A DNA stretch of 64,000 bases, taken from Blastocatellia bacterium. GTDB taxonomy: Bacteria; Acidobacteriota; Blastocatellia; RBC074. The notes below the pieces were generated by a model that saw only the letters and a list, made by a program, of their open reading frames with translations, made no database searches and was not told the origin of the DNA. The position numbers and the translations under genes are program-made. Where the stretch lies: positions 13,209 through 77,208 of the forward strand of contig DATMAG010000113.1 of the NCBI GenBank assembly GCA_035560235.1, written 5' to 3'. Positions 1 to 9,223 of the stretch are shown here, one piece after another (position 1 is the stretch's first letter; the number at the start of each line of letters is the position of its first letter).

Positions 1-280
1 GGCAGCGCAGCCCGTTGAAGCGGTCGCTGCCGAGGCGCGAGCGTTCCTGCGCTGGCAGCACTATGCCGTGCGCGTCACCGACTGTGACGTGAATGACGTG
101 ACCCCTGCGGTCAACGAGAACACCGATCTGTCTGCCGATTTCGTGTGACAGTTCCGTGAGCTGACGCGCAAACTCAGGCGTCACGATGCTTGAGGGCGGG
201 ATTCGGCGCTGATACATCTTCTCCAGTCGCCGCAGCTGATTGGGCTTGAGGCCCTGCGTCTTGCCTTCTACCTGTGGAAT
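1..280 (-). CDS. hflX: GTPase HflX, N-terminal part (gene runs off the left edge of the window)
   Basis: The minus-strand frame is open from pos 1 up to an in-frame TGA at 316..314. It is absent from the ORF track because it is truncated. The translation ..EGKTQGLKPNQLRRLEKMYQRRIPPSSIVTPEFARQLTELSHEIGRQIGVLVDRRGHVIHVTVGDAHGIVLPAQERSRLGSDRFNGLRC matches the N-terminal region of long-form HflX GTPases as I remember them. The start codon is uncertain (ATT 280..278 after a GGAG, or ATG 217..215). Confidence 0.6.
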   Translation of the reverse strand, partial: MPQVEGKTQGLKPNQLRRLEKMYQRRIPPSSIVTPEFARQLTELSHEIGRQIGVLVDRRGHVIHVTVGDAHGIVLPAQERSRLGSDRFNGLRC

Positions 281-541
281 GGCTGTTTCTCCTTTGTTGT
301 TACTTTTTGCTGGTCAGGCCTCAATGATGCCGCAAAAAATCGGGCCAGCGCAACTGCTGATGCCTTCCCGGGAGTCTGAATCCGATTTCGGCGCCTGCCT
401 CGTAATCCGGCTGTGATGAGGTGCAGCGGTTTGTCGCTGCACAGGGTTCCATTGTCAATCAGAAGAGGAAGGAAGATCATGCCGACATTCAGAGATCGTC
501 AGACGATGGCGTTCGGGACAGGAGTCAGACCCACAGCAGTA

Positions 542-2209
542 ATGAACCGAGGAAAGGTTATGCTGACCACAAGGTTGCTTCTCTGCACGCTCATTCTGAG
601 CCTGAGCTGCGCGCGCGCGCTGGCGCAGCACAATCATCACACTGCGAGTCCGGCGAACCCGGCGACACTGATGCCCGGCTTCGGCGCTCATCACCATCCG
701 GTGACGACCGGCAACGCTGAGGCTCAGAAATTTTTCGATCAGGGACTGGCGCTGATTTACGGCTTCAATCACGAGGAAGCAGCGCGGTCATTCAAACGCG
801 CGGCTGAACTCGATCCGAAGCTGGCGATGGCGTGGTGGGGCTATGCGCTCGCGGTCGGGCCGAACTACAACGAGCCGACGATTGATCCGGAAAGAATGAA
901 GGCGGCCTGCGAGTCGGTGCAGAAGGCGCAGTCGCTTGCGGCGGGCGCAACTGAGGGCGAACGCGCTTACATTGGAGCGCTCGCCAAACGCTTCACGCTC
1001 GAAGCAAACCCGGATGTCAAAAAGCTCGGCGCTGCTTACAGTGATGCGATGCGCGACGTGTACCGCAACTTTCCTGACGACCTGGACGCGGCGACGCTCT
1101 ATGCCGACAGTCTGATGAACGTGCAGCCGTGGCAACTGTGGTCGCGGGACGGCAAACCGCTCGGCAATACTGAAGAGATCGTTGCTGTGCTGGAATCAGT
1201 TCTGCGGCGCGACCCGAATCACATCGGCGCGAATCATCTGTACATTCATGCGGTCGAAGCCTCGCGCACGCCCGAACGCGCGCTGCCGAGCGCCGCACGG
1301 CTGGGCAAGCTCGCTCCCGCCGCCGGTCATCTGGTGCACATGCCGGGACACATTTATCTGCGCACGGGCGATTATGCCGAGTCGGCAAAAGTGAATATCG
1401 AAGCGGCCAGTGTTGACCGGCAGTACATCAAAGCGACGGGCGCAAACGGCGCTTATCCGGCGATGTATTTCAGCCACAACCTGCATTTTCAGGTTGAGTC
1501 ATTCAACCGGACGGGGCAGTTCAGTGAAGCGCAGCGCGCGGCGCGTGAACTCGAGCAGAATGCGCAGCAGCACCTCAAAGCCATGCCGATGGTTGAGGGC
1601 TTTCTGCCCTCACCGATCTTCGTGCTGCTGCGCTTTGCAAAATGGGACGAGATCCTGAAACTGCCGGAGCCTGATAAATCAATGGCGATTACCGGAACGG
1701 TGTGGCATTACGCGCGCGGCGTGGCGGCGGCAGAGAAAGGCAATCTGACGGAAGCTGAACGGGAACAGAAAATCTTTATCGGCATCGTCGGCAGTCTGCC
1801 GGGTGAGACACCGTTCGGACTCAATACTGCCGCAAGCGTGCTGAAGATTGCCGAGCATTCGCTCACTGCCAGAATCGCCTGGGCGAAGGGCGACAGGAAA
1901 GCGGCGATTGAAGCGTGGCGCAAAGCCGTTGCAGCGCAGGACGCGCTCAATTACGATGAACCGCCGGGATGGTACTATCCGGTGCGCGAATCGCTCGGCG
2001 CAGCGCTCCTGCTGGCGGGCGAGGCAGCGGAGGCCGAGAAGGTCTTTCGTGAAGATCTTGAACACAACCCGCGCAATGGCCGCTCGCTCTTCGGTCTGAT
2101 GGAAAGCCTGAAGGCTCAGGGAAAGACTCAGGCCGCGCGCCTGGTGCAGCGGGAATTTGAAACAGCATGGCGCAACGCCGACACCAGACTGAGGCTCGAA
2201 GATTTATGA
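542..2209 (+). CDS. secreted TPR-repeat protein with His-rich N-terminus
   Basis: ORF 413..2209. Internal ATG 542 (or 560) gives the signal peptide MNRGKVMLTTRLLLCTLILSLSCARALA. There is a His-rich stretch QHNHH..GAHHHP. TPR-like helices are present (AEAQKFFDQGLALIYGFNHEEAARSFKRAAELDPKLAMAWWGYA; AEAEKVFREDLEHNPRNGRSLFGLMESLKAQGK). Confidence 0.6.
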   Translation: MNRGKVMLTTRLLLCTLILSLSCARALAQHNHHTASPANPATLMPGFGAHHHPVTTGNAEAQKFFDQGLALIYGFNHEEAARSFKRAAELDPKLAMAWWGYALAVGPNYNEPTIDPERMKAACESVQKAQSLAAGATEGERAYIGALAKRFTLEANPDVKKLGAAYSDAMRDVYRNFPDDLDAATLYADSLMNVQPWQLWSRDGKPLGNTEEIVAVLESVLRRDPNHIGANHLYIHAVEASRTPERALPSAARLGKLAPAAGHLVHMPGHIYLRTGDYAESAKVNIEAASVDRQYIKATGANGAYPAMYFSHNLHFQVESFNRTGQFSEAQRAARELEQNAQQHLKAMPMVEGFLPSPIFVLLRFAKWDEILKLPEPDKSMAITGTVWHYARGVAAAEKGNLTEAEREQKIFIGIVGSLPGETPFGLNTAASVLKIAEHSLTARIAWAKGDRKAAIEAWRKAVAAQDALNYDEPPGWYYPVRESLGAALLLAGEAAEAEKVFREDLEHNPRNGRSLFGLMESLKAQGKTQAARLVQREFETAWRNADTRLRLEDL

Positions 2210-3075
2210 TGTCCAGGATCACAATTCGCCTGATCGTTTCTGCTGCGCTGGTGGCCTCAATGGTCACCAGCCAGTTTGTTTTTGCACAGAAGAAACCGGA
2301 GCCGCTCACCAGGGATGAAACATACTTTGCGCTGGCGCGCCGCAACATCGAACAGAACGAATCGCCCGTGACCAACGTCGTCGGCGTGCTTGACGAAATC
2401 ATCGAAGTCAGCGAAATCACCGTCGGCGCAGACGGCAAAACCACAGCCGTCGTGAAGGAGAAAGCGCCATCGAGCGCTTCGTTCCAGCAGAAGGCCATCA
2501 GAGTGACTTTCGTCGTCGCCGGTGACAAATGGCGCTGGGAATCATTTGAGGATCGCGGCAAATTCTATCCGGTCGAAAAACTCTTTCCCGTCGCAAAAAA
2601 TGAACTCGGCAGGCACCGGCAGGCCGCCGAAATGGCCTGGGCAAGGGTGCTTGAAACGATGAACAAACAGGGCGAAGCGGCGATGAAGGTGCTTGAAACC
2701 GCGAAGGCCGTCATCAAGGCCGAACCGACCGCGATGGCGCCGGTCGCCAGCGCCCGCAAATCGCTGGCTGAAGCAGTCGTGAGAGCAAAGGAGAGCGGCG
2801 ATATGGAACCGGTTCGCAGCGCTTTCCGCGAACTCACGATGGCAGTCGAACCCGTCGCCACGCTCGGCGAACAGTTCCCGGATCTCAAAGCCAATGATGC
2901 GTGGCTGCGGCTGCACGAGGAGTTCAGCGCCGTACAGAAGAGCCTGCCAGCGGTGCGTAAAAACTATCTGGATGCGGTCGCAGCTTATAATGAGATTCTG
3001 AAGCGACTGCCTTACGGGCTGGTGGCATACGGGCTGGGCTTTGTGAAAATGGAACCACAGATTGAATCTGAGTGA
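2206..3075 (+). CDS. LemA-like protein with N-terminal extension
   Basis: ATG 2206 overlaps the upstream stop (ATGA), and the N-terminal hydrophobic segment is MMSRITIRLIVSAALVASMVTSQFVFA. The C-terminal part FPDLKANDAWLRLHEEFSAVQKSLPAVRKNYLDAVAAYNEILKRLPYGLVAYGLGF resembles the LemA signature (YPDLKAN..F..LQ.EL...EN.I...R..YN..V..YN). Confidence 0.5.
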   Translation: MMSRITIRLIVSAALVASMVTSQFVFAQKKPEPLTRDETYFALARRNIEQNESPVTNVVGVLDEIIEVSEITVGADGKTTAVVKEKAPSSASFQQKAIRVTFVVAGDKWRWESFEDRGKFYPVEKLFPVAKNELGRHRQAAEMAWARVLETMNKQGEAAMKVLETAKAVIKAEPTAMAPVASARKSLAEAVVRAKESGDMEPVRSAFRELTMAVEPVATLGEQFPDLKANDAWLRLHEEFSAVQKSLPAVRKNYLDAVAAYNEILKRLPYGLVAYGLGFVKMEPQIESE

Positions 3076-3190
3076 CCGGGGCGCGAGTGAGATTTTCCTT
3101 TGCAACCTGCAGCGGGCGCTGTTTCGTATTACGGGATGACTTTTGACGGCGCAAATCGTGGTTTGCGTCATTGTTACAAGGGAGGAACTG

Positions 3191-3580
3191 ATGTCAGACA
3201 ATCCGAACAATCCGCAGCCGACCGCCGTGCCTTCGGTTCCGCAGCCGGAAGGCAGTCGCAGTCACGAGCCGGTTGATTTCAACCTGGCCGACGCGCTCCG
3301 CGATCTGGTCAACAAGGTGCCTGAAACAGTCAATCGTGCCGTTGAACGCGCGCTGAACGTCAGGGACACCACTGTCCTGATCCGGCTGAGCGATGCTTCA
3401 TCGGACGCGATTGACAAGCTGGTGACTGCCGGAGTTTTCAAATCGCGCGCCGAAACCGCCGCCTTCCTGATTGATGAAGGCATCAGGGCACAGAGCGCGC
3501 TCTTCCAGCGCATCGAAGACAAGATGGCCGAGATCGAACGCCTGCGCGATGAACTCCGCCGCAGCGTCAAACCTGAGTAA
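3191..3580 (+). CDS. hypothetical protein (possible ribbon-helix-helix fold)
   Basis: ATG 3191 is preceded by GGAGGA (3181-3186). It encodes 129 aa, and the segment VLIRLSDASSDAIDKLVTAGVFKSRAETAAFLIDEGI looks RHH/CopG-like. I recognise no stronger family signature. Confidence 0.4.
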   Translation: MSDNPNNPQPTAVPSVPQPEGSRSHEPVDFNLADALRDLVNKVPETVNRAVERALNVRDTTVLIRLSDASSDAIDKLVTAGVFKSRAETAAFLIDEGIRAQSALFQRIEDKMAEIERLRDELRRSVKPE

Positions 3581-3685
3581 GACAAGAGGACAGGGAGACA
3601 AAGAAAACCGCTTCAACTTCGGAGCCTTCTGTCATCTCCTTTTCTGCTTGTCCCCTCTTCTCCTTGTCTTTCTGACTTATCGGCT

Positions 3686-4501
3686 ATGCTAATCACCAGT
3701 CCTGCCAATCAGCATCTCAGACGGGCGCGCGGGGTGCGCGACGGCAGGGAGCCTGAACTGATCTTTGTCGAAGGTGAGCGGTTGTGCGAGGAGTGTGTGC
3801 AGTCAGGGCTGGAACTTGTGGCCTGCTTTCACGCGCCGCAGCCGGGACTGCGCGCGCTGGAAGTCATCAGCGAAGCGCGGCGGCGTGAATGTCCGATATT
3901 TGAGGTTGCCGAAGCCGCACTTGACGCGGTCAGCGATACGGTCAGTTCACAGGGCATCATTATTCTGGCGAAGCGACCGCGCTTCGCAATTGAACAGGTG
4001 CTGGCGGCAGGCGCGAATCGGGCGGGACTGCTTGTCTGCCTCGACGCGGTGCAGGATCCGGGCAACTTCGGAACGATTGTGCGAACGGCTGAAGCGGCAG
4101 GCGCGAGCGGAGTGATTGCGCTGCGCGGGTCGGTTGATGCGTTCGCGCCGAAAACGCTGCGCAGCACAATGGGATCGGCCTTCAGACTGCCGATTGCCGA
4201 GGGCGCGGAGTCTGATGCAGTTGTGGCCGCTTGCCACCGCGCCGGAATCGTCACAGTGGCGACGGCGGCTGACGCGAGAGTCAGTTATGATGATTATGAC
4301 TGGCGGCGACCGGCGCTGATCGTCTTCGGCAATGAAGCCGGCGGCATCAGACCTGAACTGATGTCGCAGTGCGATGCGGCAGTCAGCATCCCGATCCGCC
4401 CGCCGGTCAATTCAATCAATGTCGCGGCCTCTGTCGCGGTGATCCTGTTTGAAGCCGCACGGCAGCGACGGCGCGAAAATCTGGCAGGCAGGCGGGATTG
4501 A
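3686..4501 (+). CDS. TrmH/SpoU-family RNA 2'-O-methyltransferase
   Basis: 271 aa. SpoU motifs are present: LDAVQDPGNFGTIVRTAEAAGASGVI, LIVFGNEAGGI, SIPIRPPVNSINVAASVAVILFE. The N-terminal substrate-binding-like region is ITSPANQHLRRARGV..IFVEGERL. Confidence 0.8.
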   Translation: MLITSPANQHLRRARGVRDGREPELIFVEGERLCEECVQSGLELVACFHAPQPGLRALEVISEARRRECPIFEVAEAALDAVSDTVSSQGIIILAKRPRFAIEQVLAAGANRAGLLVCLDAVQDPGNFGTIVRTAEAAGASGVIALRGSVDAFAPKTLRSTMGSAFRLPIAEGAESDAVVAACHRAGIVTVATAADARVSYDDYDWRRPALIVFGNEAGGIRPELMSQCDAAVSIPIRPPVNSINVAASVAVILFEAARQRRRENLAGRRD

Positions 4502-4532
4502 AGACGGAAGCGTGTTCCCTGGGAGCGCGACG

Positions 4533-5366
4533 ATGAACGGTCAGACTGAAAAACCAGGAGAGCTGACGGAACGATCGGCGGAACTGCCGGGACGTTTTGA
4601 GGCTTTTGTGCGCCGGTTGTTTGAGCGCATCGGCGGCGCGCTCGATTTCGCTTTGCGGCGTCCGCTCAATCCGCAGCCGCGCACCGACCTGACAGCACTG
4701 ATTCCGCCGATTGAACGCGCGATTGAAGAGAAGCTGCGGCGCACGAGTTCGCGCGTCATCGCGCCGAATCTGATTGAACTGCGCTACGATTACGAAACAT
4801 ATTCGCAACTGACGAAACCGCGTGTGGAGTATCTGCGGCGCGAACTGCGGGCGACGATTTACGAGTACATTCATAACCGCCGCTATGCGACACTCAGTGA
4901 TGTGCAGGTCACAGTCACGTTCGATGTTTTCACGCGCGGCCTCGTCATCAAAGCCCGCTTCCCCGATGAAGCCGCCGCGCCAGGTGAAGCGAAGGATGAG
5001 CAGGCTTCAGAAGCTGCTGCTTCAGCCGTTCAGGCAGACAAGCGTTGTGAAGTGACGCTGCGGCCTGTGACCGGCAGCCGCTTCGGAGATTTTCATGTCA
5101 CGCTCAGCAGTTCAGCTGCGCCCGCCGGTCTCGGGCGCAGCCGCAGCAATCGCGTCATCATTGATGATCCGACCGTCTCGGCCATTCACGCCGCCATCAC
5201 GCTCAATCCGAACGGCTCGGTCGTGCTGACCGATCTCGGCAGCAGCAACGGCACCTTCGTCAACGGCGTCCCCATCGTCTCAGGCGACAAAACCATCATC
5301 CGCAGCGGCGACCGGCTGCGGTTCGGTGAGGTTGAAACAATCGTTGAAATCAGCGATCCAAACTGA
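4533..5366 (+). CDS. FHA-domain protein, FhaA-like (DUF3662-like N-domain plus C-terminal FHA)
   Basis: ATG 4533. The N-terminal FEAFVRRLFERIGGALDFALRRP..IELRYDYETYSQL resembles the FhaA N-domain. The C-terminal FHA signature is GRSRSNRVIIDDPTVSAIHAAITLNPNGSVVLTDLGSSNGTFVNG..I..GDRLRFG. Confidence 0.75.
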   Translation: MNGQTEKPGELTERSAELPGRFEAFVRRLFERIGGALDFALRRPLNPQPRTDLTALIPPIERAIEEKLRRTSSRVIAPNLIELRYDYETYSQLTKPRVEYLRRELRATIYEYIHNRRYATLSDVQVTVTFDVFTRGLVIKARFPDEAAAPGEAKDEQASEAAASAVQADKRCEVTLRPVTGSRFGDFHVTLSSSAAPAGLGRSRSNRVIIDDPTVSAIHAAITLNPNGSVVLTDLGSSNGTFVNGVPIVSGDKTIIRSGDRLRFGEVETIVEISDPN

Positions 5367-5390
5367 GTTCCAGTCCGCAACTGCAATCTG

Positions 5391-7196
5391 ATGAGCTTCT
5401 CCTTCTTTGCCACACTGATCTTCATCACGGGCCTCTCAGTCATTCTTTTTGCGCTCTTCGTTTCGACGTGGCGGTATCGCTCGAAGGTGGCTGACGAGAC
5501 TTCATCGCTGCCGGATGATTTCGGGCCGAAGCTGACGAGCGCGCGACTGCGATATGTGCGCTGGGCGTTTGCGCTGCTGGTCCTGGCGGCGTTCGGATTT
5601 CATCTCTACTGGGGACTGTTTGCGACCGGGCCGCTCGGCGAAAACAGTGATTTCGCGCAGCTCAAGAATGCCCGCGATCAGCGCAATCGGCGCGAAGCCG
5701 AGGCCGGATTGCGCGGCTGGATCTTCGACCGGCATCACGACTACAAAAAGGCGCTGGCCAGGTATCGTTATCTGAACGGTCAGATCATTCGCGACTATCC
5801 GCTCGGCCAGGCGGCGGCGCACATCATCGGTTACACCGGCCTGATGCGCGGCGATGCGCTGATGGAACGTGCGCTGATGGCGCAGCCGGTTAAGGAGGCC
5901 GAACGCAGCTGGTGGGACAAACTCTTCGAGAACAAATCGCAGGAGCAGCAGCAGGCCGTCAGCAGGGACCTGACGCTGACGATTGATTACGAGTTGCAGA
6001 AGGAAGCGGCAGCGCAACTGTCCGGAAAAAAGGGCGCAGTGGTGATGCTCAATCCGCAGACGGGCGAAGTGCTGGCCCTGGCGAGCGCGCCGAGCTTTGA
6101 TCCCGACGACATCAACAACGATGTGAAATGGAAGGAGATTTTCAGCGACGCGAAAAACAAGCCGCTCCTGAATCGTGCGCTGCACGAATATTACCTGCCT
6201 GGCTCGACGCTCAAGACCGTGACTGCTTCAGCCGCGCTCGAAGCCCGGCTGAATGACAAGGTGTTTTTCTGCCAGGGCGCAGGCTGGACGCCGCCCGGTT
6301 CAGGCCGCGCCATTCGTGATGACGAAGGCGAAGCGCACGGACGGCTGGGGCTGACCGAAGCCTATGTTCATTCGTGCAATCAGTATTTCGCGCAGCTCGG
6401 CGTCGAGGTCGAACGCGTGCGCATGGCTGAAGCGGCGGGTCGTTTCGGGCTGAATGTCTTTGCGACCGGCCCGGAATCAATCGGTCAGGGCTACGTGCGC
6501 GGCCTCTGGAACACCGACAACAAAGTCCTCTCAGACGTTCTCGCGCCGCTCAGGTCAACCTTCGTGTCGAGCAGCAAAATTACGAAATATGATCTCGCGC
6601 TCGAATCCATCGGACAGGGCTATGTGCAGATGACTCCGATGCAGATGGCGCTCGTCGCGGCGGCGGTCGCCAATGAGCAGGGCAACGTGATGAAGCCGAA
6701 AATTGAGATGGATCGCGCGCCCGCCGTTTACAGTCAGGCGATGTCGCCGCAGGTTGCCGCCGCGATGCGCGAACTGATGGCTGCCGTCGTGCAGCGCGGC
6801 ACGGCGAGTGGCGCTTATGCGCGCACCATCGGCGGCAGGTTCACGGCTGGCGGCAAGACCGGCACCGCGCAGCGCGAAGTGGCGGTGATTGATCCGCGCA
6901 CCGGGAAGCCGGTCATCATTCGTGATTCGCGCGGGCGCGAGGTCATCAAAAAGGAGCACCGGATTGATTCGTGGTTCATCGGCTTTGCGCCGGTCAACAA
7001 ACCGAAGATCGCTTTTGCCGTGGTGGTTGAAGGCGGCGGTTACGGCGCGCGCACTTCAGCGCCAATTGCCTTTAACCTGCTGCTGCGGGCGCGTGAACTG
7101 AACCTGCTGGATGAGACTCCGGCGCAGGCTGCGGCACCGGCAGGGCCGGGTCAGCGAGTTGCTGCCGGGCAGGGCGGCGAGTCAACGCGACGGTAA
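5391..7196 (+). CDS. penicillin-binding protein 2-type D,D-transpeptidase
   Basis: 601 aa with an N-terminal TM segment. All three transpeptidase motifs are present: SxxK (PGSTLKTV), SxN (HSCNQYF) and KTG (GGKTGTAQ). Confidence 0.85.
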   Translation: MSFSFFATLIFITGLSVILFALFVSTWRYRSKVADETSSLPDDFGPKLTSARLRYVRWAFALLVLAAFGFHLYWGLFATGPLGENSDFAQLKNARDQRNRREAEAGLRGWIFDRHHDYKKALARYRYLNGQIIRDYPLGQAAAHIIGYTGLMRGDALMERALMAQPVKEAERSWWDKLFENKSQEQQQAVSRDLTLTIDYELQKEAAAQLSGKKGAVVMLNPQTGEVLALASAPSFDPDDINNDVKWKEIFSDAKNKPLLNRALHEYYLPGSTLKTVTASAALEARLNDKVFFCQGAGWTPPGSGRAIRDDEGEAHGRLGLTEAYVHSCNQYFAQLGVEVERVRMAEAAGRFGLNVFATGPESIGQGYVRGLWNTDNKVLSDVLAPLRSTFVSSSKITKYDLALESIGQGYVQMTPMQMALVAAAVANEQGNVMKPKIEMDRAPAVYSQAMSPQVAAAMRELMAAVVQRGTASGAYARTIGGRFTAGGKTGTAQREVAVIDPRTGKPVIIRDSRGREVIKKEHRIDSWFIGFAPVNKPKIAFAVVVEGGGYGARTSAPIAFNLLLRARELNLLDETPAQAAAPAGPGQRVAAGQGGESTRR

Positions 7197-7383
7197 TCAG
7201 GGGTTTTCGCTTGAACAATCACTTTCGCGTCGGTACTATAACTTTCGAAGGCAGGCCCGGAACCTGATCCTGCATCAGATCCTCCCCGGCTGGTCTTTTA
7301 AAACCCGCGGAAAGAAGCATGAGCAATCCTGCCATGAGCCGCCTCGTCAGCGGCACTGGTCCCAACCCATTTGAGGAGTAGCT

Positions 7384-9081
7384 GTGAGAAATAACTGGCT
7401 GAGATTCCTGATTTTCGGCGCGCTGATCGCATCACTGATGACCGTCAGTCTCGTTGTTCTGCCAAAGATTGCCGGCGCGCAGGAAAGCGCGACGACCACA
7501 TCGAAGATTTATCGTGATTACGTCGAAGGGATGGGAGTAATCCAGGCGAATTACGTCGAGGATGTGACAACCGAAAACCTCACGAAGACTGCTGTTCAGG
7601 GCATGCTGCGGACGCTCGATCCGCACTCGAATTTCTTCGACCGCAAATCCTTCGAGGAGATGCGGCAGGAACAGCGCAGCCAGTACTTCGGCATCGGCGC
7701 GGTGATTCGCGCCTACAACGGCAGGGTTTATATCATCGAACCTTACGAAGATACCCCGGCGGTGCGCGCCGGACTGCGGTACGGCGATCAGATCTTTGAA
7801 GTTGACGGCAAGAGCGCCGAGAACTGGAACTCTGACGAAGTGCGCGATCACCTGCGCGGGCCGCAGGGAACGAAGGTCAAAGTCACCGTCAAGCGCGCCG
7901 GATCGCCGCAGCCGCTCACCTTCACTATCGAACGCGATGCCGTCGCGCTGCCTTCGATTTCGGATGCCTATATGGTACGGCCCGGCGTCGGGTACGTTGA
8001 TCTGCGCGGACGTTCGAGCGGCAGCGGTTTCCACTCGACGACGGCTGAGGAACTTACCTACGCAATCAATTACCTGAAAGAGCAGGGAATGACCTCGATG
8101 ATTCTGGACATTCGCGGCAATCCGGGCGGGCTGCTCGACCAGGCGATTCGCGTCTGCGACAAGTTCCTGCAGCGCGGTCAGACGGTTCTTTCAGTGCGCG
8201 GGCGCGACGGGCGGTTGCCGGATCGCGATTTCCAGGCTGAATCAGGCGCGCCGGAAAACTTCCCGATGGTGGTGCTCATCAACGGCGGCTCGGCTTCAGC
8301 TTCAGAGATCGTGGCCGGAGCGATTCAGGATCACGACCGGGGGCTGATCATCGGTGAAACCAGTTTCGGCAAGGGCCTGGTACAGACGATCTTTCCGCTC
8401 TCAGGCGGCGCAGGGCTGACGCTGACAACGGCGCGTTATTACACGCCGAGCGGGCGGCTGATTCAGCGTGATTATTCGAGCGGCTCGTTTTACGAGTACA
8501 TCTTCAAGCGCAACAACAAGAGCGAGAAGGCTGAGGACAAGCCGAAAGGCGAAGAGAAACAGACCGATCTGGGTCGCAAGGTCTTCGGTGGCGGCGGCAT
8601 TGAGCCGGATATCAAGGTCGCTGATTCGACAGTTATCACCAACACGCAGTTCTATCTCTCGCAGGGACTCTTTCTCTTTGTGCGTGAACTGCTGGCCGGA
8701 AATGTGGCGACAGCTCCGAATTTCAAGTTCGGCGCGATTGAGTTCAATCACAAGCTCAAGCCTTCTGACTTTGTGGTGACGGATGAGATTCTGAAGTCTT
8801 ATCGTGAGTTCATGCTGAAGTTCATGAAGGACAATCCGCGCTGGGGACTGACGACGGCGATGGTGGACGACAACATGGTCTGGGCGCGCAAGCAGATTCG
8901 CTACGAATGCCTGCTCGCCGCTTACGGATCGAACGTCGCGCAGCGATTCCAGGGTGAACTCGATGCGCAGTTGCAGCGCGCGATCAGCGAAATGCCTGCC
9001 GCCGCTGAACTCGCGGAAAGAGCGCGCCGGTTGCGCACGGCTTCGGTGCGGCCCGGAACGGTACAGCGCAGCAACAACTGA
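7384..9081 (+). CDS. S41-family carboxy-terminal processing peptidase with PDZ domain
   Basis: GTG 7384 lies 5 nt after GAGGAG and is followed by a signal/TM segment. The PDZ region is GIGAVIRAYNGRVYIIEPYEDTPAVRAGLRYGDQIFEVDG. The S41 core is ILDIRGNPGGLLDQA..VLINGGSASASEIVAGAIQDHDRGLIIGETSFGKG. Confidence 0.85.
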   Translation: MRNNWLRFLIFGALIASLMTVSLVVLPKIAGAQESATTTSKIYRDYVEGMGVIQANYVEDVTTENLTKTAVQGMLRTLDPHSNFFDRKSFEEMRQEQRSQYFGIGAVIRAYNGRVYIIEPYEDTPAVRAGLRYGDQIFEVDGKSAENWNSDEVRDHLRGPQGTKVKVTVKRAGSPQPLTFTIERDAVALPSISDAYMVRPGVGYVDLRGRSSGSGFHSTTAEELTYAINYLKEQGMTSMILDIRGNPGGLLDQAIRVCDKFLQRGQTVLSVRGRDGRLPDRDFQAESGAPENFPMVVLINGGSASASEIVAGAIQDHDRGLIIGETSFGKGLVQTIFPLSGGAGLTLTTARYYTPSGRLIQRDYSSGSFYEYIFKRNNKSEKAEDKPKGEEKQTDLGRKVFGGGGIEPDIKVADSTVITNTQFYLSQGLFLFVRELLAGNVATAPNFKFGAIEFNHKLKPSDFVVTDEILKSYREFMLKFMKDNPRWGLTTAMVDDNMVWARKQIRYECLLAAYGSNVAQRFQGELDAQLQRAISEMPAAAELAERARRLRTASVRPGTVQRSNN

Positions 9082-9106
9082 TTCCGCGCACATTACTGCT
9101 CTGACT

Positions 9107-9145
9107 GAAGGCGGCTGCCACACTCAGCCGCCTTTTCTGCTTTGC
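9107..9145 (+). terminator. rho-independent terminator after the S41 peptidase gene
   Basis: The stem GAAGGCGGCTG / CAGCCGCCTT (9107-9117 / 9125-9134) has a 7-nt loop and is followed by TTCTGCTTTG. Confidence 0.5.
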
Positions 9146-9223
9146 TACAAATCGCGGCATTAGATTTTAACAGGCTGCGCCGAAGGCCCCCGCAAACCGC
9201 AAATTTTGCGGTACACTTTCAGT

